Below, one piece after another: positions 1 to 13,900 of a DNA stretch of 64,000 nucleotides (position 1 is its first letter; every line of letters begins with the position of its first letter). Source of the DNA: Macrostomum lignano (taxonomy: Eukaryota). The stretch spans positions 279,487 through 343,486 of the forward strand of contig NIVC01000896.1 of NCBI GenBank assembly GCA_002269645.1, in the 5' to 3' direction. A program made the translations under genes and the position numbers. The notes under the pieces are model-generated. The model was given only the letters and a program-made list of their open reading frames with translations. It was not told the origin of the DNA and ran no database searches.

Positions 1-1379
1 CTGCAACGGCAGCACCGCAGCCCAGCAGCACAGCAGCCCAGCAGTCATAGCAGTACCCCACAGCAACAATCGGCCCAGTCAGCCTACCCCCCAGCTAGCT
101 CTTGGGGTCTCGCCTTTTGGCCCCCGCATTAGACCAACCATTGCCACACGCTGCAGCAAATTTTAGGTTAGCACCGCTGCTGCTAGCCTAATGTCCCCAG
201 CCTCTGTGCAGATGCAGAACCTTCAACCTGGCTCATGGCGGCAACTAACTGTCAATTGCTTTGGGTGTGGTCCAGCTGTGCGCCCTTGCTCATTTTTTTC
301 AACATGCATTTTAATTCTTCAATTTTTATTAAGGTATATACTCAGCATGATCCTGACTATGGGCTATACTTAGCAATAAGTTACAAGTTTCTATCCCAAG
401 ACTAATGGTCAACTTTCCTTAGATCTTAGCCCCAAACAACCTAAGTCATATTAGCTCTCAAGATTTAATCACATACCAACCTCAAACCCATAGAATATCT
501 TATATATAAACTGATATTAGTATATTGTTATTAATGATATTAAAAATGAATTCATTAAATTAATTCATGAATTGATTTAAGCAATTGTTCAAACTGATAT
601 CCTAGCTTCAAGCATCCTAATAGCATGTCATTGCTTAGCATTTGTCATTTGGCAGACCATTGCAAATTCATAAGAACTAAAAAAACTAAGAATAGCAGCC
701 CTCATCTAACAATTGCATCATCCACAGTTGATATGAAAAATGCTGACATAGTGTGAATTGCATCACTTAAGGCTAAGATCTGAGAAAATTTGACCATTGG
801 CTTTGGAGTAGAAAATTTAACATGTTACTAAGTTTATATTGACTAGTAGTTATGCAGAATATGAATGTATATTATTATATCTTTTTTTTTTACATTGATA
901 TTCTATATATATTTGTTTAAGTAAATATCAAATCTAGATTTTTATAGATAACTCATTCTTTAAGTGTCTAGTATTTTATAAAAGTAGTTCAATACATGTA
1001 TAAATTGCACTTAATGCAAGTTTAAAAATAGGACAAATAGACAAAATATTCAGAATCAAATCAAATATTCAGAAAAAAAGTTAAGAGTAAAATTTTGACT
1101 TTTTTGACTTATAAATGAAGAGAAAGAATTAGGGATAATTTTGCTCTAAAGAAAGGCAGATAGATAAGAGGTCTAACAGTTGAGCACCCAGTTTTAAGAT
1201 TTGAGTAGGCTTTAGTAGGAGTGGAGGACTTAAATGTTTTAGTTTGAAGAGTTAAGAATGTTAGAGGTTGTGGGCTTGTGGCTCATAAAGGTTTCTTGTG
1301 TCATAATCTCGCCATGGCAGGCTAAAATTCAAGATATGATAAATAGCCATACAGCCTGTGCGTACCCCTCCCACCTCAG

Positions 1380-2488
1380 CTTGGCCCCATTGTGACCATC
1401 GCCGAGAACAATGAGCGGCTTTTGTCTCACTCTGACCGGCTGACCTTCTATGTACACCTTGGCGATGCCTGTCACAGGACTGGCGAGCATCAGAAAGCGC
1501 TGCGCTATCTGGGCCAAGCTCTGCAACTTCGTCGGTGCACTTCTAGACTGCGCGGCCTGCCAACCGAAGCGGATATCCGGTGGCGATCCTACCTGTGCTA
1601 TGCTGCTCAGCGGCTTCATGCTGAGGCCTGCAGGGAGCTGGCCTGCGTCCCAGAGAAAGCCAGGACGCCTGCAATGCATCTGGCGCTTGGACAGAGCTAT
1701 CTGAGATCTGGCGAGGAGAAACTTGCACAGACTGCTTTCAAGGTGATTTAAGATGGCATCGGTTATACATTTTTTTAATTAAGAGAGGTTGAAGATTCGA
1801 ACACGGAATGTCTTTTTGAAGATTCGAACTCGGGATCTCACTTAAAAGATTCGAACTCGGGATGTCTTTTTGAAGATTCGAACTCAGGATCTCACTTTGA
1901 AGATTCAAACTCGTGATCTCTTCAAAATAAATAAAACTCGGATGATCTCAGAAACTCAAAGTTACACTTTTTAAAATGTCATTAAAAAATTCAAGCCTGA
2001 AATCTCTTTCCAAATTCGAAACCCGCAGTGCTGCGTGAAAGCTACAGGCGGCCTGTCAATGGAAGCGATCAAAGGCCTCCTGGCCTGTCGAACTCCCCTA
2101 TCCGAAGTGCTGCAGCTGCTGGCCAACTGTGGATGCCTCACCCAGCGAGCCGCCAGCGCCACTGGGCCTCTTGAGCAGCTGCTTGCTCGCTACTTTGACG
2201 CCTCCGTCCAAGCGGCCGGTCGAGCATTCCGACCAGCCATCGAAGCTCTGGTAGCTCTGGACGGCAACGATCTCATGACTGGCGACTCCAATCTCTTGGC
2301 TACCCTTGGCGAGGCGTTCTATCAATGCGGTGACTACACTGAGGCTGAACGGATTCTGACTCGATTGCACAGTCTGGATAGCAACTGGCTGAGGCATATT
2401 GACTCTCTGGCTGAACTGCTGCACAGGCATGCTAATAAGACTAGGCAGTTGGAGTGTCTGGCTGCCAGTCTCATGCAGGTGAGAGAGG

Positions 2489-2572
<84 letters not shown>

Positions 2573-5500
2573 GATAGAGAATCTCAGCAATTACCCCCCA
2601 TACTTGACATTTCAGCTATTCCACCGTAAGCTTGACATCCCAGCAATTTCCCTCAAGACTTGGCATCTCAGCAATTCTCCCCAAGCCTTGACATCTCAGC
2701 AATTCCCCCCAAGACTTGACATCTCAGCAATTCCCCCAAGCCTTGACATCTCAGCAATTCCCCCAAGCCTTGACATCTCAGCAATTCCCCCTAAGACTTG
2801 ACATCTCAGCAATTCCCCCAAGACTTGACATCTCAGCAATCCACCCAAGACTTGACATCTCAGCAATTCCCCCAAGACTTGACATCTCAGCAATTCCCCC
2901 AAGACTTGACATCTCAGCAATCCACCCAAGACTTGACATCTCAGCAATCCACCCAAGACTTGACATCTCAGCAATTCCCCCAAGACTTGACATCTCAGCA
3001 ATTCCCCCCAAGACTTGACATCTCAGCAATTCCCCCAAGACTTGACATCTCAGCAATTCCCCCAAGACTTGACATCTCAGCAATTCCCCCAAGACTTGAC
3101 ATCTCAGCAATTCCCCCAAGACTTGACATCTCAGCAATTCCCCCCAAGACTTGACATCTCAGCAATTCCCCCCAAGACTTGACATCTCAGCAATTCCCCC
3201 CAAGCCTTGACATCTCAGCAATTCCCCCCAAGCCTTGACATCTCAGCAATTCCCCCTAAGACTTGACATCTCAGCAATTCCCCCCAAGACTTGACATCTC
3301 AGCAATTCCCCCCAAGACTTGACATCTCAGCAATTCCCCCCAAGACTTGACATCTCAGCAATTCCCCCCAAGACTTGACATCTCAGCAATCCACCCAAGA
3401 CTTGACATCTCAGCAATCCACCCAAGACTTGACATCTCAGCAATTCCCCCCAAGACTTGACATCTCAGCAATTCCCCCCCAAGACTTGACATCTCAGCAA
3501 TTCCCCCCAAGACTTGACATCTCAGCAATTCCCCCCAAGACTTGACATCTCAGCAATTCCCCCAAGACTTGACATCTCAGCAATTCCCCCCAAGACTTGA
3601 CATCTCAGCAATTCCCCCAAGACTTGACATCTCAGCAATTCCCCCAAGACTTGACATCTCAGCAATTCCCCCCAAGCCTTGACATCTCAGCAATTCCCCC
3701 AAGCCTTGACATCTCAGCAATTCCCCTAAGACTTGACATCTCAGCAATTCCCCCCAAGACTTGACATCTCAGCAATTCCCCCAAGACTTGACATCTCAGC
3801 AATTCCCCCAAGACTTGACATCTCAGCAATTCCCCCCAAGACTTGACATCTCAGCAATTCCCCCAAGACTTGACATCTCAGCAATTCCCCCCCCCCAAGA
3901 CTTGACATCTCAGCAATTCCCCCCAAGACTTGACATCTCAGCAATCCCCAAGCCTGTACAGTGTATTGTTATGCATATTCTAACGTGTTAAGACCTCTAT
4001 CGGACTAAGACTTCAAAGCTTTCGATTTTCAATCGCCGATATGTAGCATAAATAGTTTTAATATATCTTTCAGGTGTCTGAGCACAGGCCTGAGCCTTAC
4101 GTAGTCTATGGCTACCTGAACCACAGCAACAAACGGTCCAGCAAGGCAATGTTCTTCGCCCAGAAAGCCCTGACCATCAGCCCGAACTCCGTGCACGCCC
4201 TCATCGTGTGCGGTTATGTAAGCATTAGAAATGGCAAAGAGCGCGATGCTCTGTCCTACTTCACCGAGGCCAGGAAGCTGGCGCCTAACAGCTTTGAAGT
4301 GCAGCACGGTATTGTGTGGACTTATATTAATCGGCACAAGTATAGGAATGCTATTGCTAAAGCTGAACTGCTGGTTAAACAGCTGGGTGAGTGTTTATTC
4401 AATCATAGTTGAGAATCGCCACTCAATCAACCATCATCAAGAATCGCCACTGAATCAATCATCATCAAGAATCGCCACTGAATCAATCATCATCAAGAAT
4501 CGCCACTCAATCAATCATCATCAAGAATCGCCACTCAATCAACCATCATCAAGAATCGCCACTCAATCAACCATCATCAAGAATCGCCACTCAATCAACC
4601 ACCATCAAGAATCGCCACTCAATCAATCATCATCAAGAATCGCCACTCAATCAATCATCATCAAGAATCGCCACTCAATCAATCATCATCAAGAATCGCC
4701 ACTCAATCAACCATCATCAAGAATCGCCACTCAATCAACCATTATCAAGAATCGCCACTCAATCAACCACCATCAAGAATCGCCACTCAATCAATCATCA
4801 TCAAGAATCGCCACTCAATCAATCATCATCAAGAATCGCCACTCAATCAACCATCATCAAGAATCGCCACTCAATCAACCACCATCAAGAATCGCCACTC
4901 AATCAATCATCATCAAGAATCGCCACTCAATCAATCATCATCAAGAATCGCCACTCAATCAACCATCATCAAGAATCGCCACTCAATCAACCACCATCAA
5001 GAATCGCCACTCAATCAATCATCATCAAGAATCGCCACTCAATCAATCATCATCAAGAATCGCCACTCAATCAACCATCATCAAGAATCGCCACTCAACC
5101 AACCATCATCAAGAATCGCCACTCAATCAACCATCATCAAGAATCGCCACTCAACCAACCATCATCAAGAATCGCCACTCAACCAACCATCATCAAGAAT
5201 CGCCACTCAATCAATCATCATCAAGAATCGCCACTCAATCAATCATCATCAAGAATCGCCACTCAATCAACCATCATCAAGAATCGCCACTCAATCAATC
5301 ATCATCAAGAATCGCCACTCAATCAATCATCATCAAGAATCGCCACTCAATCAACCATCATCAAGAATCGCCACTCAATCAATCATCATCAAGAATCGCC
5401 ACTCAAGTGACTCAACCAACCATCATCAAGAATCGCCACTCAATCAACCATCATCAAGAATCGCCACTCAATCAACCATCATCAAGAATCGCCACTCAAT

Positions 5501-6485
5501 CAACCATCATCAAGAATCGCCACTCAATCAACCATCATCAAGAATCGCCATTCAAGGAAAGTTTAACCTAAAATTACTTACAGTAGGTAAGAAAAACTTA
5601 ACATCCAAAATGATTGCCAGGCCGAAACCCTCGAACTCTGGGCATCTACGGCCTCGCCACATCCTACGAGAACAAGGACAAAGCCATCGAGATCCTCGCC
5701 GACGCCTTCGCCATGTTCAACGGTCGCGGCTGCCTGCCTGAGTGCGTCTCTGTGCTGGCTGAGTTGTACATGGAGAAGAAGCGCTACCCAGAGGCCAAGG
5801 CTCTGCTGGTGCAGAAGATTGAGCAGGTAAGTAGATGTCCTATCTCCCCATCACAGTGAAGATAATCCAGCATCCATCCTCCCCATCACAGGATAATCCA
5901 GCATCAATCCTCCCCATCACAGGATAATCAGCGTCCATCCTCCCCATCACAGGATAATCCAGCATCCATCCTCCCCATCACCGGATAATCCAGCATCCAT
6001 CCTCCCCATCACCGGATAATCCAGCATCCATCCTCCCCATCACCGGATAATCCAGCATCCATCCACCCCATCACAGGATAATCCAGCATCCATCCTCCCC
6101 ATCACAGGATAATCCAACCTCTATACTCCCTAGCAGTTAGTATTCTAAATGATCTCCCAATCAAAGTTGAGGCCCTCCAGAATCTTCCTAGTAACTGTAC
6201 TTCAGCGCTTAAGTATCCCAATTATCCCAAATGTGTATGTACCTGTCGCAGGAGCCAGCTGGTGAGACCACAGCGGAGCTGCACCGCCTGCTTGGCGACT
6301 GTCACTCCCGATGCGGCCAGCAGCAGGAGGCGCTGGTGCACTACGAGATCGCAATCAGATTGGACAGCAAAAATCGTAAAGCTCACGAAGGCGCGGTTGC
6401 TATGCGATCCGTGCTCAATTTGGACTCGCGAACGGCCGGCACTCATCAGCATCAAATGGATCACTCGGATGAGTTCTCTGATTGA
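1380..6485 (+). CDS. ANAPC7: Anaphase-promoting complex subunit 7 (TPR protein); first exon not located
   Basis: Exons 1380-1742, 2029-2478, 4074-4386, 5621-5826 and 6252-6485 have AG/GT boundaries and compatible phases. The spliced protein follows APC7 order: TIAENNERLLS..YVHLGDA, MEAIKGLL, SEHRPEPYVV..KAMFFAQKALTISPNSVHALI, ELHRLLGDC..AIRLDSKNRKAHEG. Confidence 0.85.
2481..2580. repeat. (GA)n microsatellite at the start of an ANAPC7 intron
   Basis: About 100 bp of GA repeats directly after the donor at 2479. Confidence 0.95.
2580..3950. repeat. ~27-bp satellite (GACTTGACATCTCAGCAATTCCCCCAA)n
   Basis: About 50 tandem units with a variable C-run. It generates spurious QDLTSQQFP/RLDISAIPP ORFs. 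Confidence 0.95.
4410..5555. repeat. 28-bp satellite (AAGAATCGCCACTCAATCAACCATCATC)n
   Basis: About 40 tandem units inside an ANAPC7 intron. It explains the 446-aa pseudo-ORF. Confidence 0.95.
5850..6115. repeat. ~31-bp minisatellite (ATCCTCCCCATCACAGGATAATCCAGCATCC)n
   Basis: About 8 tandem units in the last ANAPC7 intron. Confidence 0.9.
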
Positions 6486-6659
6486 GTTGGAATTCTAAAA
6501 TTTAATTTACTCATTGCTGCATTTTTAATTTCCATTTTTGTGCAAGTTTCTTGAACGTCTAAGGGCTTTTATTTTTTGCAAATTTTTATTGGCTTGTTCT
6601 TAATCAATACGGCAATTTATCAGTTAGTTCATCGGAGAAGTTATTGCGTTTATGTGGTA

Positions 6660-6912
6660 TTTACTCAAAAAATGAGTCGTAGTCCCAAATTCACGATCTA
6701 GCCCCATCATGAATATTTTCTCTGGCTACAACTACTGACAGTAGTGTAAAAGCATATCTGCCCTATTACAGTAGTATTTACTCAAAAAATTAGTCGAAGT
6801 CCCAAATTCACGATCTAGCCCCATCATGAATATTTTCTCTGGCTACAACTACTGACAGTAGTGTAAAAGCATATCTGCCCTATTACAGTAGTATTTACTC
6901 AAAAAATTAGTC
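6660..6912. repeat. ~120-bp direct tandem duplication
   Basis: TTTACTCAAAAAAT..AGTCCCAAATTCACGATCTAGCCCC..CAGTAGTA occurs twice in succession. Confidence 0.85.
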
Positions 6913-7299
6913 GCCCCCAGCTGCAACGAATAAAGTGAAACACGGCCAAAATTATGAGCAGTCAAAGCCAAAAAAATAGGCGATAAAAACTTTCTAAATG
7001 ACCTGACAGTGATTTCGTTCTGTGTATAATAATCATGGCGTGATTAAATTAAATTACTTATTCGTTAGTATTTACATACAACAGTCCCTGTATATTATTA
7101 ATCTTTATTCGCCAATACAAATAAATAAACAAAACAAATCGTTGCCTATTTGGCATCTTTTGTTGCTACTAAAAACATTTCGTTCTCTTTTTGTAACTTT
7201 TTTGGACCAGAAATGTTGCAAGCATCAAGCAGTGAGGACCTACACTTGAAAGAGAACTTCAAAAGCAACATTGCACTTGCGGGTTGCACATGATTTAGG

Positions 7300-7375
7300 C
7301 CAGGGAGGGGTTGGCAAACTCTGGCCCGAGGCCACACGCGGCCCGCCAAGCCTCTATTCGGCCCTCGGGTCCTTG
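7300..7375 (+). mobile_element. hAT (Charlie-like) terminal fragment
   Basis: GGGTTGGCAAACTCTGGCCCGAGGCCACACGCGGCCCG resembles the typical CAGGGGTTGGCAAAC..GGCCCGCGGGCC hAT end. The partner end was not found. Confidence 0.4.
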
Positions 7376-8099
7376 GAAACTTCACAATAGCAAATAGCTC
7401 GGTTCAATGTTTGTGTCTCTACTCAGTCTCTGCTCTCTTCTATCTGCTCACCGTTCTCTCCTCTCAGCCAATCTAGCGCTTTTCGAGTATTTACGAGTAG
7501 AAAAGAAACTACGCTCGCACTTTGGTTAAGTTTTTGTAACCACCGCGTACACTGAAAGAGAACTTCAGTTTCGCAAGCAATGCACGTACTTTAGGCAGCA
7601 GTAACAGTTAAAGAAATGCTCATTACTTCAAAGAGGCTCTTATGATTAGTGTACGATTATAAACTAAATAGCGAACTGCTTTTGTTGCGGCATAGTTATA
7701 ATGCAAGAAATTTCTTTTCACCCAGCCTTGCCCCCTACGAAATTCATTGCTACCTCTACCTTGCTGAACCCCTACGGTAGAATTCCCTACTAGCTAGTAA
7801 AACCTTGAAATTACCACGTCAATCGTCTACCACCTGTGAAGTCTCGCGTAGCGAAATTGCGCCAGCCGGATTTTAAAACTCTCGCAGCACATAGGGCTCG
7901 CGGCCCGGTTGCCTACTCCCAAATAATTTGGATATTTCCACGCGTTCCCCGTAGTTGAATTTCCGCCGAAACATTATCGCCGATAAAAATACATATATTT
8001 GTCTTTCAGTGCAACGAGAAAGAGCAATTGTACGTAAGTTATAGTAATAATATTTATATTTCACAGTTTTATGCAACAATAAGCGGGTAATATCCAGTA

Positions 8100-10400
8100 A
8101 GAGAAATGATTAGATTGGATGACACAGAGGTCTCCATCAGAGAGATCAGTCCTCAGACAAGCCTGGAGATGGTTGGCAGCGAGGATAGCCGCTCTAGGGT
8201 GGCTGTTCCCCGAGCCACACACATAAAAATCAGATTAGCTAGAAGGGATGCTGCGCAACTTACCGTTGCGCATCCAGGGTTCCTGGATCAGAATGAGGTC
8301 TGGCCTGTACAGCTCAGCAATCTTCATCAGATTTACTGACGCAGATACGCAATGCTGTAAATTTATTTGCAGACAGAATGTCGCTCCTTTGGCAGCGTGG
8401 AGCTTAGTCATACTGCATTAAATGCAATAGCTGGCTAGAGCCCGGGCCATCAAGGAGACTTGGACAGCAAATCGTCCTCGTCCCAGGCCGTTGGGGCCTG
8501 ACTGGGAGATGGGAGTTGGTCGATGTCCATGGCCTCCTCACCCCAACCAGCCCCCCCCCCCTCCTCCCAGCAGAGTCTTCGGGCTCCGATGACAGAATAA
8601 AGGAAGCTTCCTCATCTGCATCTTTGCCTTCAGACCCCACCAGGGTGGCCGAGGAGAGCCCGGATTCCGAAGACCCGGCCTCGTCCTCAACTCCTTCTCC
8701 GGCTCGCAGGTTCGGTTCCCGGGGCTTGGCCGGAGCCGTCACCTCGGTCGCCGAATTGCTGCTAGCAGAGGGGCGAGACGCAGCTTTGGCTTTGGGATCG
8801 GCTTGCGCCTTTCCTTGGGCCTTAGACTGCGCCCCGCTCTTGCCGGAGATGCCGGAGTTGGCATTAGCCTTCCCTTTAGCAGACTTTCCTCGGCGCATCT
8901 TGAGCTTGAGGGCACCCAGCTGGAAAGAGGATCCGTTAGGGTACCGACTCGCCCAAGCGTTGGAGAGGCTTAGGACAATTGATTTACCCGTCTCCCCCCT
9001 GCGGACATTGCGGTGATTCACCATTCCACTAGCAGGGAGGTCGGGGTTCAGGCGCAGTAGGACCCGGCGAATAACGTGTGGTCCAGCTGCGGTGCTCTTT
9101 GCAGGGACAAAAACCACACATAGGGTATTGTCTTTGGACGCTGGCCTTCGCGAAGAAAAAGGGCTCCGCCGAGGTCAGCATCCAAGGAGACCGTCGGCAG
9201 CCGCTGGAGCAGCTGCTGAGCGTCCTCCTCACTGCTAGGAGCAATAAGAACGAAAGTGCTTCGCAGCACCATCCGCTCAATGCCGATGGAGATTCCCTCC
9301 TCGACAGTCAGCTCAATCAGATAGGAGTCAATAGCACTCCACACTTTTTGAAGCTGATCACTGGTCTAGTCCTGGTCGCGACCTTGGATGATCACTCCCG
9401 GGATTTTGGCCTTGGCCTTCGCGGCAAAGGTAGCTCCCGAAGGAACCTCCTTGTTGGCAGTGGCCATTTGTTGCGCCGTGGTTTCGGCCTCAGCAGCCGC
9501 AGCAGCATCTTTAGGGAGCGCCGCCGCTGAACTACCTGAGCTTCCACCGGCCGGCCCGTCTGGTTGCCTTGGGACGCCAGTCGCTTCAGCGTCCATGGTG
9601 GACGCCGCCGCTTTGGCCCCGCAGCTCCCTTCTTGGCCTGCCTTTTGGCGCGTTGCTTAGCGCGTTTGCGCTCAAGCCGAGCCCGCTGAGCTTCGTCGTA
9701 TCTGCCAGATTTGGCCGGTCCTTTAGGCTCAGAGCTCGCGGTTCCCTTAGATACACCAGCAGAGCTGGCAGGTCTTGGGGTACTTTGAGTTTGGTAGCTC
9801 TGGTCGGATCTGCCGGCAGAGCCAGCCAGTCCTTCCTTTGCCACGGTTGAATCAGTCGGTTGGGATCTGCCAGCAGGGCCGGCCGGTTCTTCGGACTGAG
9901 GTTAGGGTTTAGAAGGGTCCCCGTCCCTAGAATTAGCTTGGTTATCCATAGTCGGCTCAAAGGCCATGATAAAGGTTGGTGCAGTGGGCTACCCTCGAAG
10001 GGGCGCGGTACCCACCCGGCCGCTCCACCTGACCGGGCAGTAGGCCAAAAGAACCCTCAAGGCTGGCCCGACACCAGGAGGGGGACCGCTTGCGACCGGA
10101 CTACTCCCGGCCTTCCAGCCCATCGGCACGGTCAAACACCTTAGGCATTAGAGGGTACGTTGAGCAGTACCATGGCCTGCGGACTGGCGAGCCAGACCCG
10201 CATACCCAAGTTCGGCAAAAGCCACTGGATGGGTCTCCAGCGCCGGAGCCCAGTCAGTCCGGGTCTGCCTTGAACACTCGTGGGGACGAGTACCCTGGGT
10301 CGACTTGCGAGACAGCGTGGGGGGGGGTCTGCGGCTGCCAGCGGAAAATAGAGGGTGCAGACCTCCCAACGGCCTTTACCTATATAATATTACCTAGATA
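8100..10400 (-). mobile_element. R1/LOA-type non-LTR retrotransposon, 3' truncated (ORF1 plus start of the APE endonuclease)
   Basis: A basic ORF1 can be rebuilt across about 3 frameshifts (9844 to 8404). ORF2 starts at 8411, overlapping the ORF1 stop (ATGACTAA), and reads LQINLQHC..DLILIQEPW..HPRAAIL. It ends near 8105. The 5' boundary is approximate. Confidence 0.75.
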
Positions 10401-10992
10401 GGGGCAGGCGTGGAGCATCGCAGACCTTAGCCCATAGGCCTGGTCTGTCTCATACTTCACTGGTATGCTTAATACGCCCGTGCGAGCAGTAGCGATATCA
10501 GAATATTCTAGAATTGTTTAACTTTTAGAATACGGTAGAATTTTCTGAAAATAAGCAAGGTACAAATAAGGAAATTACGGTACAATGGCGCTACAAACCA
10601 TCTATGGGTTTTACTTGTAGTACATGTATCCATGGTTGATCCATGTACTAGCGTATCTAGCTCGAATTCTATGGTTTAAATTGCACACTAATTATCTAAT
10701 TTAAACATCCATTGTCTCATGCTGTGCGCTCAGTATTCAACGCTTAGGAATCATTATTTAAGGCTATTAAAAATGCATTCATGAGACAATGTGTTTGTGC
10801 ATATGGTTTTGTCATAGACAAAGATTAATTTTTCACGAGTGGCTTCGCAGCCCTGACATGAGCTTCGGCACTCATGAAAAATTAATCATTGCTAAGAATT
10901 CGGCTAAGCAACTACGACAACTATTGTTTGAAATTAACCGCTTTCAAGGAATTTCCGGCTGAGCCACCACCGTTCGGTCTGTCCTAACCTAA

Positions 10993-13900
10993 ATGAGCGA
11001 GGTTACCGATGCAAGAAATTCCATTAAACCGTCAAGTAAGTTTTCTTTTGAATGATGATTGATGAATGTAGTTCAAAATCCCATAGAAGAGTTTTTACTT
11101 TGTTACAATTTTGTATGACTGCATTTTTCTTGAGTTGATGAGTTTTGTAGTAGTTAATCATGATTATGAAGTAGTAGTAGTAAACTAGTCGAATTACAGA
11201 GGGAGCTGTCGAAAGTATTGTCGAGAAACTGCGAGCTATATTCAATATATTTATCTATTAGAGCCAGCACAAAGCCAAGAGAGACAAGCGACAAACCAGT
11301 CCAATAGCTTAGGGGGAAATTCAAAACGTTTTTAATCCTTTGAAACTTTAATTTTAAGATTTAAACAAAACAATGAAACTTAATCTGATTAACAGGTCAA
11401 CCAGTGCGTGCAGATATACAACTAATTAGTAGATGAATTATTAGTACCAATAATTACTCTTTTTAAAAACGATGTACAAGAACTCAAACCGTCACAACCT
11501 GTCGAATATTTACTTCTAAAATTAGGCCCAGGGGATAAAAGGTTAACACTACCGCAATGTTGTTTTTAATATTGCTTTCAGATCTTCCTGAAAGTAGTTC
11601 TGCCTATGACTTCAAATTTGAAGATGGACTATGTAAGTTTTACAGTCAAGTTTTGCTAAAACTTTTCTTCCCAAACGAACAAATATAAGCGATGTACAGC
11701 TTTTACACTGCGGAGACTGTGGCATTTTCAATTAGAATCCTGTATTTCTGCTTTGCTCAGAGCAGCGACCCTTATTACTCAAGTGTGAAAGTGAGCTCTG
11801 CTTGTTCAACACAAGGAAATATAACTTAACTAAGCTACAATAGCAATGAAAACATGCTGGTCTCTTGAATAGCCAACTATGAAAAACCCTATGCCAAATA
11901 ATGATATTTAAGGTTACCGAAGATTGGCACTGTTCTTCGACGCTGGCGGTGAGTCTGTGACAGATGAGTACGCCGACTTTCTGAAAGAGTGCAGTTTTAA
12001 CGTAAAGAGGAGCCTGGAACAGCAGTATGAAAGCAAACTGGACTCGTGTCTACCCGACTCCGTGAACAATTCCGAGGTCCAGCAGCTAATTGTAGTCGTG
12101 ATAGCTGGCAATGCTTTCATGAATGACGTCTTAGATTTCATGACAACGGATAAATTTCCCAACTGCCAAAACAGATGTTTATTATTTTGTCGCGCTGGTG
12201 AAGAAAGCCCGGATGACATGAAACTTGCGAGGGAATTTTCGAATGCGAATTTTAAATACAAGTGTACAACTATCGCTTACATCGTTGCTAAGGAACTTGA
12301 AAGCATACAGCGCTTCTATAAAAACTTTCTGGATGACTGCAAGTGCAAGTGGGAAACTACAAGTATATTTTCTATCCTGGAGACGCCATCAATCGCTTAC
12401 GAGTCCCTGTCTTTGTATCATAAGAAAGGAAATATTGGTGGTGATTTCCTGCGCGACATTTTCAAATTTATCAGGGAACCCAAGAGCAACCTTGATGAAG
12501 TTGATGCCTTACTAGCAGCATCACAGCAGACTGTTCAAGACAAACCGACTGATTGGATGCGCAAGAATGCCTCAATAATCTATCCTAATCGGCGCAATCC
12601 GAAAAAGCCTCGAGCGTTGGTCATCGTCAACTATGATTTAGAAGACTCCCTATACTTGGCTCTGCAAGTGGACTGCATCGGAGTTATGCGTATGCTAAAA
12701 AATCTTGGCTACATTGTAACAAACACGCAAACCCGCTCCAATGATGCCTTGGAAATAAGAATCAAGCTTTTTTCAGGAGATACTGAACACGGTGACTCCT
12801 GCATCCTTGTCGTGCTGTCCCAGACGCAGCAGCAGCTGAGCAGCATCACTGTCATGAATCTGTACAAAAGCTTGGCTATTGGCAAAAAGCTCGCGGCCAA
12901 GCCCCGACTCTTTATTCTGCACGAGTGGGATGTCCCAACACTGCAGACAGACTTTGTTACTGATGGTTTCAGCAGCGATACTTATGAGATCGTTAAAGAT
13001 GCTGTGGACGGTTTGCAGGCCTATTTTCGCAAGCATGATTCAACCATCAAAGTTCATCCACACAGCGGCATGGTGTTCGGTCGATCAGTTAGTAGCGATG
13101 TGACAAGAGCAGAGGGCAGCGCTTTTATTCAGACACTGTGCGAAACTTTCAGCCAGTATGGGCGCACAGAGGACGTGGCCTCCATGATTACCATAATTAA
13201 TGAGCACCAACGACTAGATGAATCTGTGCCAATGTGGTTTATTCAGACTGGCAAGCTCTTTTATCTCACGGGAACAGACGGAATCCAGGGTAAGAGCACT
13301 TTTTTAGCTCAATTCATGTATACTTTTCAATTCGAACTTAGCAAAAGTGACTTCAGTTTCGGCAACACGATAAATTATGACTGTCACTGTAACTGTCAAA
13401 GTGACTTAAAACTATTTGTGATCAATGTTATTGTAGGTCTGCAGCTCATCGTGTGCTTGCGCTACTGCCGACATTTTTTCGGTGATAGTGTGCAAAATTG
13501 TTGGTGCAAATTTTGGCCTCATGGTTCCTCCTCGTCGCCTTAAAAACAACGCGATCTTGAATGACAAGTCTGTGAATGACCGCGTTGGCCGTGGATCCCT
13601 TTATGCCGAGGTCCTTTGCTAGTCGTCTTCAGTCTCTCCCTGTTGTTTTCGAAATTAATCACTTTTTCCAAAGTCGAAATTGAAAATTTATAACTATGCA
13701 GAATTCATTATTGCATAATCATTTGCACTATTTTGCTTTTAGCTACCGGTCAGGAAGTTTCACAACAAAGTCTAGAGAAGAAATCTGAAGAACATAAATA
13801 CACTAGAATTGGTGAGTAGCATTATAAAATATCGAGACAGACATCTCAGAGATCTCATTCATTTATCTCAGCCATATGAAGCTATTGGCAAAATCTTTGC

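Noticed and set aside
1-373. Gln/Pro-rich stretch with NCFGCG resembling a gag zinc knuckle
   Set aside because: The CCHC motif is incomplete and the context is cut by the window edge.
2696-3991. LRCQVLG/QDLTSQQFP repeat ORFs, and similar ORFs at 26151-26982 and 42278-44016
   Set aside because: These are stop-free frames of tandem satellites with no coding signal.
2580-5555. CRISPR-like repeat arrays
   Set aside because: The units are contiguous with no unique spacers, there are no cas genes, and the context is eukaryotic.
4231-5571. 446-aa ORF with NRHSINHHQESP repeats
   Set aside because: It is a translation of the 28-bp intronic satellite; the real exon ends at the donor at 4386.
12786-12805. 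HGDSC motif as an alternative His-Cys dyad in caspase domain 2
   Set aside because: It aligns with the non-catalytic segment before the SHG strand, and the equivalent HGxS is also present in the active domains.
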